From the IMG/VR virus record IMGVR_UViG_3300027668_002455, positions 1 through 64,000 of that record: a stretch of DNA of 64,000 nt, one strand, 5' to 3'. Shown piece after piece: positions 28,642 through 39,756 of the stretch. Numbering within the stretch: position 1 is the first letter of the stretch; every line of letters starts with the position of its first letter. The position numbers and the translations under genes were made by a program. Under the pieces are notes generated by a model, which was given only the letters and a program-made list of their open reading frames with translations, was not told the DNA's origin and searched no databases. This DNA is from a virus.

Positions 28642-29667
28642 TTTGTTAATTTATTTGGGTCTGCTTGTGGGGGGTTTTCAAGTAATAGCTCAGGCGTAAT
28701 ATCGTTGATGTCTTTCACTTCCATACTCTTGCAAGTACCTTTATGTAAACACGCATCATCATATATAGCTTTTTCGATTTCTTCATCAGTCGCATCGTTT
28801 GATATATCTATTACTCCCTTTATTGGCAGTATCACGTTATAGCATAGTGTATTTATCTTCATTTGTTTACCTCTGGGGACTTGATTTTCATTAAAAATAT
28901 CTGGGTTCTTTTCCTTATACTCTTCTCTCCATTTTAACCATTCTTCATAGCTCATTTCATCTTCCACGCTATATACCAAACACCCGCAGCAATTATATAA
29001 AAGGGTATTTGCAGTAATAAAAGATATTCAATCATAATTAATAGTGACCTCCCTGACCTCCTTCGGGCGGTAGTTTATCTAAGCTCTTTAGCGTTTTTAA
29101 ATCGTACCCGTCTTCTTTATCTAAACCCTTTTGAAGAAGCTCTAATATGTAATTTCCAATGCCCTTTTGACTAACCCGTTTGCGGCTCTTTGCTTTTTTG
29201 TATGACTCGTCAAACGCTTTATTTGTGTCAAAGGTCATGGTACAACTGCCATCTGGTCGATCCTCCATGCCGTGGATATAGATTTTAGGAAAGTCACTAG
29301 ACATGACTTCTTCAAGAGTTACGTCATCATCATTTAATTTGATTCCGTTTTTATTTTTCATCATGTAGTTTTCTAGTTTCGAGTTTAGCCTTGTCCATTT
29401 TGACTTCATCCTCGATGTCATCGAGTTTGTCGGAGAACCAATCTTCAAATTCAACAGTCGAGGCGTCTATTACCTCATGTTTTTCAATGTCTTTCATTAT
29501 CATTTCTAATTGAGACTTAACATCTTCCTCTGTTTCTCCAAGGATGGTAATTGGGTCTTCGGTGTAACCGCTGATGCCACCATTATCATTATAGAATACT
29601 TCATGGACGCTATACCATACGGCGTCGTCTTTCTTGTGTTTAACTATTCTATTATTCCACATAACTA

Positions 29668-30405
29668 TTATTTCCCTTTAAAATCCACTTTTACATAATC
29701 ATCTCTTTTATCAAGTGATATTGTTCTTTTATGAGCAAAGGTTACATTGTAGCCACCTTTACTTATCCAGTCTTTAGTAAAGGTCAAGCCATTGTTATTT
29801 CTTTCAACCTCTGTTTTCTGTAAATAAAAGTCATTTTTTTGTAAATTCTCAACCGCATCTCTGAACTCTCTTTTTCCCATCCCCCCGTTCACGCCCCCAG
29901 CGTGAATATACTCAAATGTAATATTATTTATTACTAAATTACTAAAATCAGTTTTAGAGACGATCTCACAGTCACAGCCTTCTGCATCTATAAAAAGATG
30001 TTCGATTTCTATGTCCGGCTGCACATATTTAAGCATAAAGGTGTTTAGTGTGAAGCACGGAACTCTAACTTTTTTTATTTCTTCTTTTTTATGTCCAAGA
30101 ACCTCCGGAAAACTATATACTTGCCCATCGTCTTTTGAAAGGCTTGATCTAACTGAAGAATGATATGAACGTCCTGTTTCGTAATTACTATCAAAAAACA
30201 TATCAACGTCACCATCGTAATAGGTTATCGCTATAGAAAAAATCTCTTTATTTTTTAGATTTTTATATTGCTCTTCAATAAGTGGTTTTGAGTATGTGTT
30301 TGGCTCGACAAAGTAGACATTATAATTATCAAATCCATTTTTTTGCAAATATGAAAAAACTTCATCATCACCATCCGCAGTCCCTATTTGGATTATTGTT
30401 TTCAA
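29668..30405 (-). CDS. FkbM-like methyltransferase
   Basis: IQIGTADG.D, VEPN, IDAEG.D and FEY.H motifs. Confidence 0.75.
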   Translation of the reverse strand: MKTIIQIGTADGDDEVFSYLQKNGFDNYNVYFVEPNTYSKPLIEEQYKNLKNKEIFSIAITYYDGDVDMFFDSNYETGRSYHSSVRSSLSKDDGQVYSFPEVLGHKKEEIKKVRVPCFTLNTFMLKYVQPDIEIEHLFIDAEGCDCEIVSKTDFSNLVINNITFEYIHAGGVNGGMGKREFRDAVENLQKNDFYLQKTEVERNNNGLTFTKDWISKGGYNVTFAHKRTISLDKRDDYVKVDFKGK

Positions 30406-31162
30406 ATCACTTCTTATTCTCCATCTCTTGCTCTGCTTCTTGCTCTGCCTTCTTAACCTCTTGGGCTTGCAAGAAATTCCTCATTGCTCGCATCATTTCA
30501 GACTTCTTTGCTTCGAGGACTTGAAGGCGACGGAGGTTACCTTTTTTTCTCCATTGTCGGGCGCTTTGGCCCCTTTTGTAATGTTTTGATACTGGCATTT
30601 TATATTTCCTCTCTTTCTTTTTCTCTTTTTCTTCTCATATAATCCCTTTTCTGTTTTCTTCTTCTTTCTGGATCTCTCTTGTCGTAAGCCGCCCTCGCAC
30701 TTTTGAGGGCCGCTTTTCCCTTCTTGGTTTTAAAATACTTTTTGTGCTTCTCTGGCATTTATTTAGCCTTTTTTCGTTTGTTTTTATTTGGCATTTATTT
30801 GTTTGATTTTGTTAAAGCCCCATTCGTAAGCGTCTTCTGGGGATAGGAAACTATTGCACTCTTCTGTAATCCAAGATATTTTGCCCTTTTTGTAAATGGA
30901 TACCACCCAGCATTCGTTTCCAGCACGAGCCAACGGAGAGCAGGAAATCCAGTATTTACCCTTTAAGTCAAAAAGCTCTTTCATGGTATATCGTCCACTA
31001 TACACTAATTTTTCGTTTCGATCCTAAACCCGATTTTTTCGGTTTTTAATATTATTTGGCCCTTTTTCTTTCCTTTTTCTTCTTCTTCTTCTCTGCTGGT
31101 GTTAGCTTGGAGGGTTTCTTTACTTCTTTTTTTCTTTTCTCTTTGTTAGCCATAATTATTCC

Positions 31163-32062
31163 TCAGTAGCACTTCTTCTGAAAATGAATAGGAAAATTTG
31201 GTATCCCCTTATAAAGGCAAAACTCATTGAACCTACTAAAGTTCTTAAATAAAAAATTAGTTTCTTGCAAGAGATAAAAATCAATTAACGCCTCCTTGGC
31301 TATATTTATTTTGCCATACTCTTCCTCTTTTTTTAGGTCTGCATCGGTGGACTTTTCCCCTTTTTCGTGACCAGTACCACAGCCCGCAGGGGCAAAATAT
31401 CTATCTGTGACTATAGACTGGGGGTACTCTTTTTGGAATAGATCAACAAACTGTTTAGAGTCAGAGGCAACAAAAAACTTATAATTTTCATATGCCTTGA
31501 GAAATGACCATGAAGATTCAAAAAGAACATAGTCAATTCTTTCCTTAAAAATATCAAAGATACTCCCGATAGGACTCCTTTCTCCATGAAACCTATCGGA
31601 GTCACCTTTTTTCTTGGGCGGAAGGACTTCTCCATTAGAGCAGCGAGCGTGAACACCGATCACATAATTCCCTGCAAAATGAGAGTCAGTAAAAGAATCT
31701 AACGAAGAAAGGATAGACTCATGGGGGATAATCCTTTTAAAGTTTCTATAAAACCCCTTTAGGTCTTCATCTGACTTTGAGGCGTCTCTAATTTTTAGAA
31801 TCTTAGGGGCCTTAGAAGCATGCTTCTCCGCATCTTTTTTATTAGCATCAATCTCTTCTTCGTCAGTGATAACCTTGATATCCGTATCTATCCCTGAAAA
31901 GTATTCATTAAATGAGTTTTTACGATCTTTGCTTAGCCAAGCACCACGAAAGTCGATCAGAATATCTTTCTTGTTTTCTTCACAGTATAAAAGCGCACAG
32001 GTTAGGTGCCATAAGGTGTCTCCCCATCCGGTATCGCGAGTATAATGATAATAATTACTCAT
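31163..32062 (-). CDS. NodZ/GT23-like fucosyltransferase
   Basis: TGWGD.L, VIGVH.R..N, FVASDS, ALID.YLL and S.F motifs. Confidence 0.7.
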   Translation of the reverse strand: MSNYYHYTRDTGWGDTLWHLTCALLYCEENKKDILIDFRGAWLSKDRKNSFNEYFSGIDTDIKVITDEEEIDANKKDAEKHASKAPKILKIRDASKSDEDLKGFYRNFKRIIPHESILSSLDSFTDSHFAGNYVIGVHARCSNGEVLPPKKKGDSDRFHGERSPIGSIFDIFKERIDYVLFESSWSFLKAYENYKFFVASDSKQFVDLFQKEYPQSIVTDRYFAPAGCGTGHEKGEKSTDADLKKEEEYGKINIAKEALIDFYLLQETNFLFKNFSRFNEFCLYKGIPNFPIHFQKKCY

Positions 32063-32283
32063 TTATTCCTCAGTTTCCATTCTTTTTCTGACTATTTTTT
32101 CTGCATTTATTTGCCATGCGGAAAATTCTTCTTCGCTCATTGCCTCAAATTCTTCTTCTGTCAGGGCTTCACCTTCATAGAGCATCATTTCAACCTCAAA
32201 GTCTGTAGGATATCTATGTGTATGTCGTTGATCGGGGGATATTTCACCCATCAAAACAACTCTGCGTTCATCTGGTTCATTGT

Positions 32284-32787
32284 TCATAATTTTAATAAGC
32301 CCTTTAATTGCTCCCAAGTATCTTCTAGTTCGTGGTCTGTATTAATCATATACTTAGGATTACCAATTTCAAAATCTTCTACATGATACTGTCTCCTTAG
32401 TTCTCTCTTACTATTTAAAAAAATTTCAATTATTTGGTCTTGGTTGTTATTTTTTAGTTCTTTTCGTAAGCTATCGTAAGGGTTTACTAGGCACACTATT
32501 ACATCTGTTCCTTCTTTTACAGGGCGACCCTGAATACTGTTCCCTCCGTCTGTTTTACAGTAAATCGCAAACCACTCGTTTTGTGCTGATTTTTTATTTA
32601 GATAGGTGGCCACAGCATTTGCGTTCCTAATGTTTTCCTCGCGGCCCTCTTTTCCATAATTCTTATTGGTAAACATTTCCCTGAACTCATCTCCGTCAAT
32701 AATAAATGGAGTGTTCAAGTGTTCTGCCAGCAATTTACCCAAGGTGGTTTTGCCTGACGCTGGTTGTCCGTATAATACATAAATCAC
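32284..32787 (-). CDS. cysC: Adenylyl-sulfate (APS) kinase-like
   Basis: G.PASGKTT, IDGDEFR, Y..EGR.ENI and V.PY...R motifs. Confidence 0.75.
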   Translation of the reverse strand: MIYVLYGQPASGKTTLGKLLAEHLNTPFIIDGDEFREMFTNKNYGKEGREENIRNANAVATYLNKKSAQNEWFAIYCKTDGGNSIQGRPVKEGTDVIVCLVNPYDSLRKELKNNNQDQIIEIFLNSKRELRRQYHVEDFEIGNPKYMINTDHELEDTWEQLKGLLKL

Positions 32788-33112
32788 AGCTTATTGATCT
32801 CCGAACTCGCTTTCTTGGTGGACCGTTGTTCTGGGTCGTATCGTTTTTTCCAACTCCCTGCACCTTTTCTTGCACGTCTCCCACTGCTTCTGTCCGTGCC
32901 TACTTCTGTATTCCTCCCACCCATCCAAAAAAGACTGTGCTGACAATGGGGGTAACGTCCCCGTCACAAAAATCTTCCAACAGAGCCTTACCCTAGTCCA
33001 AAGACTCATTTTATTTTCATCAAATAAATTCATTTTAGACCTATGAATTTAGACAATCCAATACCAACCAAAAGAGTTATCACTATTGATGCTACAAACC
33101 CTATAAATGCAA

Positions 33113-33586
33113 TCATCGTTCTGGGTTTGCTGATTGCATACCTACCGCTCCAGATGGTATTCCACTGCCGCCTGTTGTGCCTCCGCCTGTTGTGCCTCCG
33201 CCGGTTGTGCCTCCGCCGGTTGTGCCTCCGCCGGTTGTGCCTCCGCCGGTTGTACCTCCGTTATTATTAGTCTGGATAAAACCGTGTCTACCCAACCTGA
33301 GATTAAGCCTGTATTCTCTATACGTTGTAATTTGTTGCCGTTGTTGGGGCATCAAGCGCAAATTAAGCCTAACCGATGTACCCCCCACTTGTACTTGGCT
33401 TCCTTGTGAGTATCCATTATTAATGGTGGTAGCTGTTAGCGTCGCCACGGAGCCTCCTTGTTGCTGCCCGCCTTGTTGCTGCCCGCCTGAATTTTGGATT
33501 TGATTCGACCCGTTGAAGGGGATCGTCTGAGCCATCGCGTTACCGACTAGGGCAAGGGTTGCAAGACTGATTATAAAGTTCTTCAT
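33113..33586 (-). CDS. Secreted low-complexity protein
   Basis: Signal peptide ending AMA-Q; GGQQQ repeats and six GGTTG repeats. Confidence 0.7.
   Translation of the reverse strand: MKNFIISLATLALVGNAMAQTIPFNGSNQIQNSGGQQQGGQQQGGSVATLTATTINNGYSQGSQVQVGGTSVRLNLRLMPQQRQQITTYREYRLNLRLGRHGFIQTNNNGGTTGGGTTGGGTTGGGTTGGGTTGGGTTGGSGIPSGAVGMQSANPER
33168..33257. repeat. 6 x 15 bp coding tandem repeat (GGTTG)
   Basis: CCGCC(T/G)GTTGT(G/A)CCT units. Confidence 0.9.
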
Positions 33587-34195
33587 TTATTCTCCTAGTG
33601 GACTTACCAGTCGTGCTGGCAATTCATTAATCTCTATTACGTTGCCGTTCTTGTCAGTTTTAAAGCGAAAAGCAGTTTTTTCTTCCCCTGTCGTACTAAA
33701 GACCCTTTCTTTGATAACTATTTCTTTAAATGGTTTTATTTTAATTAGTTTAATTATACCCTTTGTAGGAGTATCATCCCTTTTTGAGTAAACATGGATA
33801 GTAACAATGTTTTCTCCCTCTAATACTCCGCGAAATGAAACAATCTCCTCGTTGAAAGCGACGACTGATCCTTCTTGTCCTTCTTGTAGACTGTTATTTC
33901 GACGTTTGCCCAAGGCATCGTGGTCTAGACTGATCAAACTACCTTGACCTCCCTCCCTATTGTTGAAGCTTACAACATGACCGGAAGCGGATTGAACATA
34001 GATATCTAAATCGTCTTCGCTGTTACCGTCCCATGTTAATACCACTTCGTAGAGAACATTTGGGGGTCGTGCCTTAGTTTTTTTCTCTTCTGTTTTGAGC
34101 AAAAACAGGATAGCAACCAACATCAATAGACAACAAAAAAGTACATCAATGAATGGCCTAAACGAAAAGAATTTTTTATGCCCTCTGTTAATCAT
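33587..34195 (-). CDS. ExbD/TolR-like membrane anchor plus beta-rich extracytoplasmic domain
   Basis: PFIDVLF TM helix with the conserved Asp; LTW....DDLDIYV motif. Confidence 0.65.
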   Translation of the reverse strand: MINRGHKKFFSFRPFIDVLFCCLLMLVAILFLLKTEEKKTKARPPNVLYEVVLTWDGNSEDDLDIYVQSASGHVVSFNNREGGQGSLISLDHDALGKRRNNSLQEGQEGSVVAFNEEIVSFRGVLEGENIVTIHVYSKRDDTPTKGIIKLIKIKPFKEIVIKERVFSTTGEEKTAFRFKTDKNGNVIEINELPARLVSPLGE

Positions 34196-34288
34196 TCTTC
34201 ATATTTTTCTATTTCCCAGTAGAGCGATACTACAACAGCTATACACCAAAGCATTAATGACTCGGTGTAATCACTGACCTTTTTCATT

Positions 34289-34759
34289 TTATTCCTCTAA
34301 TTTAAATCTTAGAATCATTAACTGCACCTGTAGCGGAAGACTAAAGATGATGCCGCAAATGGTAGTGTAAAAAGCCGTGTTTAGTCCTGTTTTTAGTCCT
34401 GACACTATGTCGGTAATCTCGCTCCCCTCATTTAGTGAAGTGGCAGTTGCCACGCAAAGGCCAAAAACTGTTCCCAGTAAACCAAGGGTGAAAAAATGCT
34501 CTGCCGCAAACCAGCCGACTTCAGCCCTCTTTGATAAATGTCTTCGGGCCTCTTTTTCTTTCCCCTTCTTCATTTTATCAGACAAAAAGCATAGCCTTCC
34601 GACAGTAGCGGAGACGGCCACATACAGTACCATAATAACAATGGTTAGGTGGCTAACGTCACTCTTAACCATTAATGAAATTGCACCCTTTGTTTCTGCA
34701 AAGAACACTCCGGTTAAAAAAACTGCGTTAACTAAAAACCATTTTATAAAAGTTGTCAT
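34289..34759 (-). CDS. MotA/TolQ/ExbB proton channel family protein
   Basis: LGLLGTVFG and GL.TAFYTT..G TM motifs. Confidence 0.8.
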   Translation of the reverse strand: MTTFIKWFLVNAVFLTGVFFAETKGAISLMVKSDVSHLTIVIMVLYVAVSATVGRLCFLSDKMKKGKEKEARRHLSKRAEVGWFAAEHFFTLGLLGTVFGLCVATATSLNEGSEITDIVSGLKTGLNTAFYTTICGIIFSLPLQVQLMILRFKLEE

Positions 34760-36146
34760 AATAAATTATTTCTTTTTCCACTTGTCTATATGTCCCCTTG
34801 TTTTTCTATCACACCATGCTCTCAAGACAAGGGCACCGATAAGGTTGGCAACTACAATTATAATCGCTATTTTCATTTAATCACCTCATAAGTCGGGGGG
34901 CGGCAAAAAACCCTCATATCCATCAGCTGGATCATCTCCCCCCTCATCCTCTTCGTCTTCGTCACTATTATCTCCATGAAGAAAAGAAAAGTCAAAATAT
35001 TTTAAGGGATCTTCTAAGTCACCGGAGGGAAAAGTCACCTCAAAATCTTCTTCTTCGTCAAGAATCATTAAATTAATATCATTATTACCGCTAATTCTTG
35101 ATAGATAATCCATGAGGCAGCCATGACAGGCTGTTATTTCCACACTAATATCATCATCTTCAGAGGCCGCTTCTTCGGGGACATAAAAAAAACAAAGCTT
35201 TTTGGCAAAAAAAAGGACTTTGTAGTCAGCAGCACAGTAAGTTATGTTACACAGATCACATGAGATATCTTCTGGTTTTATTTCAAGAAACGCAGGTCTG
35301 ATAAGCTGAACTAAAAACATTATTCATTGGGCGATCCGTAGCTAAAAACCTTTATTTCATAAATAGATTCATTTTGAGTAACTTCTATGTACTTTTTGGC
35401 CTTTTCCTCAGAGGTAAAGATACCTTTTATTTCGCCCCCATCTTTCCATAGGACTAAGAACAGGTCACTGTGAAGGGTGCTTATCTCTCTAGATTTCTCG
35501 ATGCGAGGCTTCGCTTTTATGCCTGTGCCTCTGGGCGTCGTACTAGAGCTAACTGGAAAGATTGTAAATGCCACTAAGAGGGTGACAAAAAATCCCAAGA
35601 CGAAAAGTACAGGAGTGACCTTGAGTAGCTTCACTTTAGATTATTTGGTTTCAAACCTTTCAACTTTATTTAAGAAGTTGCGAGTAAATTTTCTTTTGTC
35701 CACTGTCTTTAGGGAGACTCTGTTCTGTCGCTTGGTTGAAGAGGCACAAACTTTTTCAATTTCAACTGAGCCATTTGAGTTTTCGACGATTGTTACTTGA
35801 TATTTTTTAGTCATATAAATATATACAGTATCGACGCTAAGGCGTCAAGGGGTTTTTATCAATCTAGCAATATCATGACGGCCCGCATTTATAAGAATAA
35901 ATTGAGTCATGCAAATGTTGCCGTCACAAGTTACGAAGTGATCTAGGGTTAAGTCTCTGATTTCTGTGGAGTCCATATCCCGAGCGGCTTCGTCATCTGG
36001 GGAGATTACAAACTTATCATGTCTACCGTTTAAAAAGTTCTCGATAGCCATAGTCATAGCCTCAATACACATATCACTCTTTTTCTCGAAGACTTTTCCC
36101 TCCACCTCTACGATGGTTGTCCAGTTTCCGCATCCGACTTCAAGTT

Positions 36147-36350
36147 TTATTGCCATAATCTGTTTTCCCGAGCCTCGATCTTAGCTGTCAAGAGTGCTCG
36201 TTTCTTTTGTTTATACTTTTTGGTGCTTGGCTTTTCATAGAAGCGACGATCCCTCATCTCTCTTATCGTGCCTTCTCGCATCATTTTCTTTTTAAGTTTT
36301 TGAAGAGCTTTATCTACGCTCCCACCCTTTCCTACATAAACTTCACTCAT
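36147..36350 (-). CDS. rpsU: Ribosomal protein bS21
   Basis: VDKAL.KLKKK..REG..RE.R.RRFYEKPS. Confidence 0.92.
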   Translation of the reverse strand: MSEVYVGKGGSVDKALQKLKKKMMREGTIREMRDRRFYEKPSTKKYKQKKRALLTAKIEARENRLWQ

Positions 36351-36535
36351 ATTATTTATATTGTTTTACAAACCCTTCAGCTTCTGCATAAGTCATACAC
36401 TGACATACTTGCTGCAATAGGTCCTGTGCTTCTTTTTTTGTAAGGTAAACCGTTTTTTCTTTATCTTTACCAAAGATAATCCCAGTTTCTGTTTGTTCTT
36501 CGTGTTTTTTGTCGTGACCTATGACCACTCTTAGT

Positions 36536-36877
36536 TTAATTTTGTTTTTCATTATGTAATTTTCTACGGCGAATACCAAAATGACTTCTCATATCTACAA
36601 CTTGGCGAGGGGTTTTATTTGGTAAGAACCTTTCGCTCATCTCTTTGTGGGTGTAATTTGACCCGTGCTCAAGCAGTAATGCTCTTTCATTCTCACTCCA
36701 GACAGGTTCTTTTTTGAGTCCCATGTCCATTTTTTTCTGATTAACCTGAATGGGGGTAAAGTTTGGGAAAAACTTTTGAGACAGTTCTCTCTGGTTGTAC
36801 TGAGAGTAGTTGTCCTTTAGTGTTTTCTCTTGTTTTTTTGACCAAATTCTTTCAAAGGGTTTTTTTTGTGTTGTCAT
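36536..36877 (-). CDS. Tandem Myb/HTH-like repeat protein
   Basis: Two WS..E...L....FPN.TP repeats. Confidence 0.55.
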   Translation of the reverse strand: MTTQKKPFERIWSKKQEKTLKDNYSQYNQRELSQKFFPNFTPIQVNQKKMDMGLKKEPVWSENERALLLEHGSNYTHKEMSERFLPNKTPRQVVDMRSHFGIRRRKLHNEKQN

Positions 36878-36878
36878 A

Positions 36879-37139
36879 TCAATTATTTTCTACTCTTTTA
36901 AGTTTAAACTTTTTCATTAATTCACTAACGCGTAAAATCTCAATGCCTACTTGGGTGTTTACTTCGTCGGTGTCTATTGTCACCATCCCTCCGTCATCAT
37001 CATTGTACACCATGACCGCTCCCACAGTCCCTTGCGGCGGCGCTACATAAATATACATAGAGTCAGAGCTTTCATCGTAGGTAATGCGATTTTCAAAGTC
37101 ATACTCAAGGTACTTGTCGTGGTGGGGTTTACTTTTCAT
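36879..37139 (-). CDS. DUF2283-like protein
   Basis: ITYD..SD.MYIY...ID......VGIEIL. Confidence 0.6.
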   Translation of the reverse strand: MKSKPHHDKYLEYDFENRITYDESSDSMYIYVAPPQGTVGAVMVYNDDDGGMVTIDTDEVNTQVGIEILRVSELMKKFKLKRVENN

Positions 37140-37375
37140 TAAGGTTAATCTTTTTATTAAATTTATTATAAATAAAGTCTCTAGCTCTTAAAACTTTATA
37201 GTATCTATTGTTATTTGTAATAGTGTGAAAAGCACACATTTTTTTATCATCGTCTATGTGGCAGCCACTTTTGAAAAAAGATGAAATTTTTTCTGCTTTT
37301 GGCAAATCCTTTTTATAAACGGCAAACAAAAAGTCTGTATAGTTCGAGCTTATTGATTTATTTTCCATTATTTAA

Positions 37376-38032
37376 CTACTTTTTTAAAGTGAAAACCAAT
37401 AAGTCCATCCATGCAGAGAATGACTCATCGACGGGTTGAATAGACCTCCCGTTATGCCAGAGGTAGCTATCATCAATTATCAACATTGTCCCTGCATCAA
37501 GCGTGGCCTGTAAAAAGGGCGTTTCGGTTTTGTGTGTAGACAGGAGGGCCTCTCCCCCAATGATATTATTACGATCAACCCCTATCATGGCAACTCGGTC
37601 ATACCCGTCTTGATGCCACCCTTCGGGAGATAGTTGTGTTGCTCCCCCTTTACAGTTTACCCTTATTTGATGAATGTCAAATTCATATTTAACTGATTTG
37701 TCTAGGGGCGCAAGAAAAATTCCAATCATCTCTTTCATTACTGAAGAAGATAAAACAGAAGGGTCTATGTTAATAAATTTCCTAGATTTTCCTCCTTGGT
37801 GTTTGTTGTACTTTTCACTCTGCGAAAATTCTGAAATATCTAATGGGGTTATTTGAAGGTCATCAAGGGAGGGGAGCCAGTGTGACTCCCAAAAAGCTTC
37901 AACCTTGGAGTATTTTCTTAAACGATATCCGCCGTCGGCATGGTTCGTCGCGGGTAAATCATTAAATGATTTTTTTATTTCACTCAGCAGGTCTGGATCA
38001 ATTTTTGTTATTTGTAGTATCGTGTTTGTCAT
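37376..38032 (-). CDS. 2OG-Fe(II) dioxygenase, amino-acid hydroxylase type
   Basis: YRLR.YS, F.Q...YN, HQIRV, PEG.HQDG, NI.GG and LWH motifs. Confidence 0.8.
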   Translation of the reverse strand: MTNTILQITKIDPDLLSEIKKSFNDLPATNHADGGYRLRKYSKVEAFWESHWLPSLDDLQITPLDISEFSQSEKYNKHQGGKSRKFINIDPSVLSSSVMKEMIGIFLAPLDKSVKYEFDIHQIRVNCKGGATQLSPEGWHQDGYDRVAMIGVDRNNIIGGEALLSTHKTETPFLQATLDAGTMLIIDDSYLWHNGRSIQPVDESFSAWMDLLVFTLKK

Positions 38033-39189
38033 ACATTCTTTCCAAAGACTTCGTTTGATTGCTGATTCACTCTAATAAAAGTAGCACACTTTGGCATATC
38101 TTTCAATCTTTTTGCTCCTATATAAGTACAGGTTGAACGGATGCCGCCAAGTATATTTTCTATCGTGTTTTTAATAAGTCCACGGTGCTTTATCCTTGTC
38201 GTCTTTCCTTCCGAGGATCGGTAGCTGGCAACCCCGCCGTGATACTTGTTCATAGCTGTGTCAGAGCTCATTCCATAAAATGTTTTATATTTCTCCCCAT
38301 CCACTATTTCTTCTTGTCCAGCAGATTCCGTATGTCCAGCCAGCATACCACCAAGCATAACAAAATCAGCACCAGCAGCAAAGGCTTTGGAAACGTCTCC
38401 AGCACATGTGCAGCCACCATCAGCCATAATATGCCCACCGACGCCATGAGCAGCGTCAGCACATTCGATGACGGCTGAAAGTTGTGGATAACCCACGCCA
38501 GTCTGAATCCTAGTAGTACAAACAGAACCACCTCCAACACCGACTTTGACAATATCTGCTCCACTTAATAATATCTCCTCTGTCATTTCGCCAGTGACAA
38601 CATTCCCCGCAATGATAATAAGCGCGGGGTGTTCGTCTCTGACTCGTTTAATAAAGTCGCAAAACCTTGATGTATAGCCATTAGCTGCATCAATACATAC
38701 GAACCTAGTGTGATAAAAGTTCCATGTAATATTATTAAGATAATCTATATCATCTGCCTTATTTGGGTCATACTTAATACCAATGGAGGGCGAGATATGG
38801 TCGTAAATTCTGCTCTGCCAATCATCTGCGCCTCGTTCGTACGACCAGTTCTTTGAGTTAGCTTTCCTGCTTTCTGGTGTCTTATAAACTCCGTAGCCGT
38901 CCAGTTTATGTAGCCATTTTTTTGCATCGGAGTGCTTACTAATACAAGTCAGCATATGGTATTGAGCAAGAGCCTTCGCTGTTTCAAACGTGCCAACCGT
39001 ATCCATATTTGCCGCGACGATGGGGATACCCTTCCAGCCATAAGCCTTAGGGTCTGAGCCTTCGCCGCCAGCGTTTTTGAAAGTAAACTCGCGCATTAAA
39101 TCAACATCATTACGAGATGTCAATTCTGAACGCTTGGGACGTAGAAGAACATCCTTGTAGTCTAGCTTTATTTCTGACTCAATTCGCAT
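38029..39189 (-). CDS. guaC: GMP reductase
   Basis: KLDYKDVL.RPKRS, ANMDTVGTF, KVG.G.GSVCTTR, DGGC and FYGMSS..AM motifs; start MRIE. Confidence 0.95.
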   Translation of the reverse strand: MRIESEIKLDYKDVLLRPKRSELTSRNDVDLMREFTFKNAGGEGSDPKAYGWKGIPIVAANMDTVGTFETAKALAQYHMLTCISKHSDAKKWLHKLDGYGVYKTPESRKANSKNWSYERGADDWQSRIYDHISPSIGIKYDPNKADDIDYLNNITWNFYHTRFVCIDAANGYTSRFCDFIKRVRDEHPALIIIAGNVVTGEMTEEILLSGADIVKVGVGGGSVCTTRIQTGVGYPQLSAVIECADAAHGVGGHIMADGGCTCAGDVSKAFAAGADFVMLGGMLAGHTESAGQEEIVDGEKYKTFYGMSSDTAMNKYHGGVASYRSSEGKTTRIKHRGLIKNTIENILGGIRSTCTYIGAKRLKDMPKCATFIRVNQQSNEVFGKNV

Positions 39190-39463
39190 ATTTTTCGTGC
39201 ATCCCTGCGTGTATTTCGGCATGACAATTTCTGCATACCAAGATAGTGTTGTCTGCTTCTTTCTTTAAATTTTTAAGACTTAAATCTCTTCTTGATGATA
39301 TAGTGAAGTTTTTTTTATTAACGTGGTGAAAATCTAGTGCCCAGTTACATGCTGCGTAACCACAGATACAGCACTTTCCCCCTTTGTATTCTACAAGAGC
39401 AGCTTTTTTCTCTCTTTGTCGAGCAACTGTACCTTGGGATTTTATTCTGGATTCGATTGACAT
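39179..39463 (-). CDS. HNH-like endonuclease
   Basis: YKGGKC..CGY....ALDFHH...VC.NCHAEIH. Confidence 0.75.
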   Translation of the reverse strand: MSIESRIKSQGTVARQREKKAALVEYKGGKCCICGYAACNWALDFHHVNKKNFTISSRRDLSLKNLKKEADNTILVCRNCHAEIHAGMHEKYAN

Positions 39464-39495
39464 GAGTTTTGTCTAAAATAGTAGTGTTATTATCT

Positions 39496-39756
39496 CTAGT
39501 TGTCAAGCCAGCTTAGATACCCATAGATATTCATGACTGTAATAATTAATGACATTACCATTGTAGAGTATGCTTTCTTGTGGTAGGAGTATAATCCCAC
39601 ACCCAAGTTCCCAGCTATCCACACCAGCCACGAAGATAGAAGGTGGTTAGCATTTAAATAATAGCCAAAAACCACAAGAAATGCCCCAAGCCACCCTATT
39701 AGTTCAAAGGCGTTGACTTTCGTAGCTCTCTCTGAAGAGATTTTTTTCAAGTTCAT
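39496..39756 (-). CDS. Small membrane protein with three TM helices (PnuC-like half)
   Basis: W...N and NIYGY..W in a hydrophobic sequence. Confidence 0.55.
   Translation of the reverse strand: MNLKKISSERATKVNAFELIGWLGAFLVVFGYYLNANHLLSSWLVWIAGNLGVGLYSYHKKAYSTMVMSLIITVMNIYGYLSWLDN

Noticed and set aside
33043-33503. Plus-strand ORFs with RRLCL, CASAG or PPVVP repeats
   Set aside because: These are alternative frames of the 15 bp repeat in the minus-strand secreted protein.
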